IMG/VR virus record: IMGVR_UViG_3300025635_000023
Strand: one strand, 5' to 3'
DNA length: 20,000 nt
From: an uncultured virus (IMG/VR IMGVR_UViG_3300025635_000023)
Taxonomy: Duplodnaviria > Heunggongvirae > Uroviricota > Caudoviricetes
In this document: positions 16,916 through 20,000 of the stretch, piece by piece
How positions within the stretch are numbered: the first letter of the stretch is position 1
Layout: the number at the start of each line of letters is the position of its first letter
Position numbers and translations under genes: made by a program
The notes under the pieces: generated by a model
The model's database searches: none
Seen by the model: the letters and a program-made list of their open reading frames with translations, nothing else
Told to the model about the DNA's origin: nothing

Positions 16916-17827
16916 ATGGCTAGCGGTCATAAAGAAACTTGTCCTGAATGTGGAGGACACAACTTGTATGTTACGCCGCATAACGGACTCGCTTACTGTT
17001 TTAACTGTGGCTATCGTAATGGGCGTAGTCAAGGTGGTAATGCATTTACTAGTAATCCCGAGGTGATCGAAGAAATCCGTGATTTCTACGGAAAGTGCGT
17101 AAGCTACTACGTGAGCTGTTTATCTGGCGCGGCACTTACGTATCTTCGAGAGCGCGGTATCTCTGATTCAGTAATTCAGCAACGTCGTATAGGCTATTGT
17201 CCCGATACTCATCATAGTTTGTACGATCTTCCAATTGCTAAGACTGCGGGTATCAGCTCTGGGAGAAATTCAGTTCTTCATGGTCGTATTATATTTCCGT
17301 ACATTGCACCAACCACCGGAGCGATTGTGGATATGCGTGGACGCGCCCTTGACGACGAATCAGTCAAGTATAAAGGACCGTTTGGGTCTGCGTATGTGCG
17401 TGGTGCGGATGAGTGGCCGTACGGAGCTGAGATTTCAGCGGATTCTTTTTTACTCACTGAGGGAGAAATAAAGGCGATTGTTGCCACGCAGCACGGGTTC
17501 CCGACAATAGGATTGCCCGGTATTAACACATGGAAGTGGCGCGTGCGTGAACTGTCCGCAAAGTCGGTTACGGTCGTGTTTGATTCGCAGAGAAGTTCTA
17601 CAGTGAATGAAGCAGTATACCAAGCTATCGATAAGTTAGCATCTAGACTAGAGTCATGTAAGGTTGCAACTCTACCACTTATGGGGCGAGAAAAGATGGA
17701 TCTAGACGAATTCGTCTTGACAAAGGGTTTGCATGAACTTAAACTAGTACTGGATAAAGCACTGCCCTACGAAACGTGGGCCCAACTTTTAAGGAGACCG
17801 AGCAATGCAACAAGACGTAGTTGGTGA
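16916..17827 (+). CDS. DNA primase (Zn ribbon + TOPRIM, DnaG-like)
   Basis: CPECGG...AYCFNCG zinc finger, YLRERGIS, GRIIFP...MRGRAL...KY, TOPRIM LLTEGEIKA, VVFDSQ and KMDLDEF. SD gaggag at 16904-16909. Confidence 0.9.
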   Translation: MASGHKETCPECGGHNLYVTPHNGLAYCFNCGYRNGRSQGGNAFTSNPEVIEEIRDFYGKCVSYYVSCLSGAALTYLRERGISDSVIQQRRIGYCPDTHHSLYDLPIAKTAGISSGRNSVLHGRIIFPYIAPTTGAIVDMRGRALDDESVKYKGPFGSAYVRGADEWPYGAEISADSFLLTEGEIKAIVATQHGFPTIGLPGINTWKWRVRELSAKSVTVVFDSQRSSTVNEAVYQAIDKLASRLESCKVATLPLMGREKMDLDEFVLTKGLHELKLVLDKALPYETWAQLLRRPSNATRRSW

Positions 17828-18995
17828 GTGGCGGTTGCTCTCATCATTCACTCAATCGCCAGAAGTAATGCACCAAGTAACTCCGGCGCTGTTTACTGAT
17901 GAGCGGCAAATTGTGTTTAACGCACTGAAGAATGCGTACACGCACTACGGTGAGTTAACGTACGAAGTTATACGGTTGGCGTTCAATGGTGACGTACCAA
18001 GTGAACTCATGCTTTCAATTCAGTGTAATCAGCGCGCAATTATAGACGAGTTGTCTATTACAGCGCGTAGACGGCAGCTTCAGCAAGCAGCCGAGATCTT
18101 GGCTCTTGAGGCAAAGGAGTATAACCCAAACGAGACGCGTGTGGCCGAGGTGCTGAATTTCGCACCAATTATGCCATCATCGGATCTATCCCTACTACCG
18201 GGTGCTCAAAAATTAATGTCCGATCTGAATCGAAAGTACAACGGTACGTATAAGTTTACGCATACTGGTATTCGATTCCTCGATCAGATGCTTGGTGGCG
18301 AGTGGCTGCCGAAGAGCCTATCAGTCATTATGGCCAAACCCGGTACAGGGAAGACTGCTCTTGTTGGTCAATCGATGCTCGAGATGGCGTTGCAGTACGG
18401 TACATCAAGTTTGTTCTTTTCGCTGGAAATGTCCAAAGAGCAGTTGATGTCTCGGTGGGTATCATACATGCTCAGCATTGACACTACACTGCTACAGTTT
18501 GGTAAGCTTTCTGGTGCCCAACTTACTGAGGTAGAACAGGCGCTTGTTACGATACAGACATTACCGATGGCTGTAATTGACAACCCCATTATCAGTTTAG
18601 CAGGCATTCGCAAGGAGATTCGTGATGCCGCTCGTACTGGATGTCGCGTCGTATTTTTGGATTACCTGCAGATTGTGAAGCATCATAATACAGGTCTGAA
18701 GAACTATGATCTGGGTGAGGTTGCTCAGAATTTGAAGGAAGCTGCGAAAGAATCTGATCTCGCAGTAGTACTGCTTTCGCAGATGAACAAGGTCGGCGAG
18801 GGTTTAGATGCGGTACGTGACTCAGGTGAGGTTTCGCAAGTCGCCGATACGGTGATTGAAATGTCTCCTATCGATGATGTACCAGACGAACTGGGTAATC
18901 GCGCAATTGGTTTGAAGTTTCATAAAAATCGTAATGGGAGGCTCGGCACGAGTACGGTGATATTTAATGGGAGCACGCAAAAGTTCAGTTACTAG
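17805..18995 (+). CDS. dnaB: Replicative DNA helicase, DnaB family (SF4)
   Basis: TGIRFLDQMLGG, Walker A AKPGTGKT, FFSLEMS, Walker B VFLDYLQ, LLSQMNK, RDSGEVSQVAD and KNRNG. Confidence 0.93.
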   Translation: MQQDVVGEWRLLSSFTQSPEVMHQVTPALFTDERQIVFNALKNAYTHYGELTYEVIRLAFNGDVPSELMLSIQCNQRAIIDELSITARRRQLQQAAEILALEAKEYNPNETRVAEVLNFAPIMPSSDLSLLPGAQKLMSDLNRKYNGTYKFTHTGIRFLDQMLGGEWLPKSLSVIMAKPGTGKTALVGQSMLEMALQYGTSSLFFSLEMSKEQLMSRWVSYMLSIDTTLLQFGKLSGAQLTEVEQALVTIQTLPMAVIDNPIISLAGIRKEIRDAARTGCRVVFLDYLQIVKHHNTGLKNYDLGEVAQNLKEAAKESDLAVVLLSQMNKVGEGLDAVRDSGEVSQVADTVIEMSPIDDVPDELGNRAIGLKFHKNRNGRLGTSTVIFNGSTQKFSY

Positions 18996-19572
18996 TAAAC
19001 CAATCACTTCGCCCGAAGAATTCGAGCGGCTGAAAGAAGAGCGACGTGAGCGCAATCGTATGAATCGGCAGCGGTCCAAGGCAATGGAGCGCCGCATTGC
19101 AAAGTTTCTTGGGGGTGATCGCACTCCCCAATCTGGGGCCGGTACCACTAAGGGTGATGTTGTTGTGCTATTCAATAATCGCCCGGGTAAATTTCTTATT
19201 GAGTGTAAGCTTACCGAGCTTTGGCGATATGGTGAGCCGTGTATTGCAATCAGTAAAGCGTGGTTACGAAAGATACACGAAGAGGCAAAGCAAACACGAG
19301 CGCTTTTCGGAGCGTTGATTTTCCGCTATCATGGTCGTACGGATGACTACATGCTAATCAAAGCGGTTGACATGGGTCAGATAGCGGTTATTAACGAGAC
19401 TACAGAGAAGATACTTCGTTTTGATAATATTAAGACGAAGACGGCGATCTTTCCGCTGAGTAAAGCACAGACTTGCAAAGAATCCCCGGGAGTGACTTGT
19501 GTATGGATTGACTTCGTGTTATATTATTTGCTGACGGTTGTGCAATTTAAGCAGATTTTGGAGGAAGCATGA
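18967..19572 (+). CDS. PD-(D/E)xK nuclease, Holliday junction resolvase-like
   Basis: SKAMERRIAKFLGGDRTPQSGAG..KGDV...FLIECK...WLRKIHEEA matches the phage Hjc-like resolvase pattern. The exact start is uncertain. Confidence 0.75.
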   Translation: MGARKSSVTSKPITSPEEFERLKEERRERNRMNRQRSKAMERRIAKFLGGDRTPQSGAGTTKGDVVVLFNNRPGKFLIECKLTELWRYGEPCIAISKAWLRKIHEEAKQTRALFGALIFRYHGRTDDYMLIKAVDMGQIAVINETTEKILRFDNIKTKTAIFPLSKAQTCKESPGVTCVWIDFVLYYLLTVVQFKQILEEA

Positions 19573-19895
19573 AACAGCCTAGTACAGAAGTAACAGCCTT
19601 ATCCACCTTAATTGGCCAGAATCTACTGGTTGTGTTTGGCTCGCACTCATTCAGTGCTACTTTGGTCTCTGTTGAGTTGCAGAAGCTCACAGGTATGGCT
19701 AATCCGCCTGAGAAGCGGATAGGGTCGGATGGTAAAGGGTACACTCCTAAGTGCCTGCGGCTTGTTTTTGATGCAGGCTCGTTAGTTATTGTGCTAGAGG
19801 ATTGTCAGTTGGTTGCATCTCGAGATGGCTTTTGGTTTCTTTTTCCGACTTATCGATTGGAGGTTCACAGTGCAAGTGCAAATCGTCCGGAGTGA
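19569..19895 (+). CDS. Hypothetical protein
   Basis: 108-aa ORF, ATGA-coupled, with SD ggagg at 19560-19564. No recognisable motif. Confidence 0.6.
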   Translation: MKQPSTEVTALSTLIGQNLLVVFGSHSFSATLVSVELQKLTGMANPPEKRIGSDGKGYTPKCLRLVFDAGSLVIVLEDCQLVASRDGFWFLFPTYRLEVHSASANRPE

Positions 19896-20000
19896 GTGCG
19901 ATCTCGTGCGTACGTTGGAAACGTTCGAATTCAGTCCCGTGGTTTATTTAGACACGGAAACTACTGGGTTAGATCCTCGGGCTTCTCAGCTGCTTATGGT
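19870..20000 (+). CDS. N-terminus of a DEDD 3'-5' exonuclease domain, probably a family A DNA polymerase (3'-truncated; not in the ORF track)
   Basis: SD ggagg (19859-19863) and GTG 19870. Translation MQVQIVRSECDLVRTLETFEFSPVVYLDTETTGLDPRASQLLM contains the ExoI motif DTETTGLDP. Confidence 0.8.
   Translation, partial: MQVQIVRSECDLVRTLETFEFSPVVYLDTETTGLDPRASQLLM

Noticed and set aside
10331..19395. Other TTGACA hexamers (10332, 18478, 18577, 19367)
   Set aside because: None has a convincing -10 box at 17-nt spacing, and they lie mid-gene.
461..19744. Numerous 60-117 aa antisense and alternate-frame ORFs in the ORF track (e.g. 2784-3107, 7125-7436, 12223-12519, 18822-19175)
   Set aside because: They lie within or across long, motif-bearing + strand genes, have no recognisable motifs, and look like shadow ORFs.
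1..20000. Stop-codon reassignment or programmed frameshift
   Set aside because: Genes tile densely in the standard code and TAA, TGA and TAG are all used as stops, so no broken ORFs need rescue.

Overview
This is a 20-kb segment of a tailed dsDNA phage or prophage genome, probably siphovirus-like, with every credible gene on the + strand. Bases 1-14082 are a tail module: a >1635-aa tape measure protein (open beyond the 5' edge), a small Dit-like protein, a hub/Tal-like protein, two large unknown structural proteins, a tail fibre/receptor-binding protein with decapeptide repeats and a C1q/BclA-like tip, and a fibre assembly chaperone. Bases 14079-16052 are a cassette behind a perfect sigma70 promoter, encoding a head-tail adaptor-like protein, a GT4 glycosyltransferase and a small ORF. 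Bases 15939-20000 are a replication module with its own consensus promoter: gp32-like SSB, terminator, primase, DnaB helicase, PD-(D/E)xK resolvase-like nuclease, a hypothetical protein and the start of a DNA polymerase 3'-5' exonuclease domain. The most striking feature is a thermonuclease (SNase) domain, with all five catalytic positions apparently intact, embedded in the tape measure protein just before its hydrophobic membrane segment. This suggests a nuclease injected with the virion. All functional calls come from motif recognition by eye; no database search was run.
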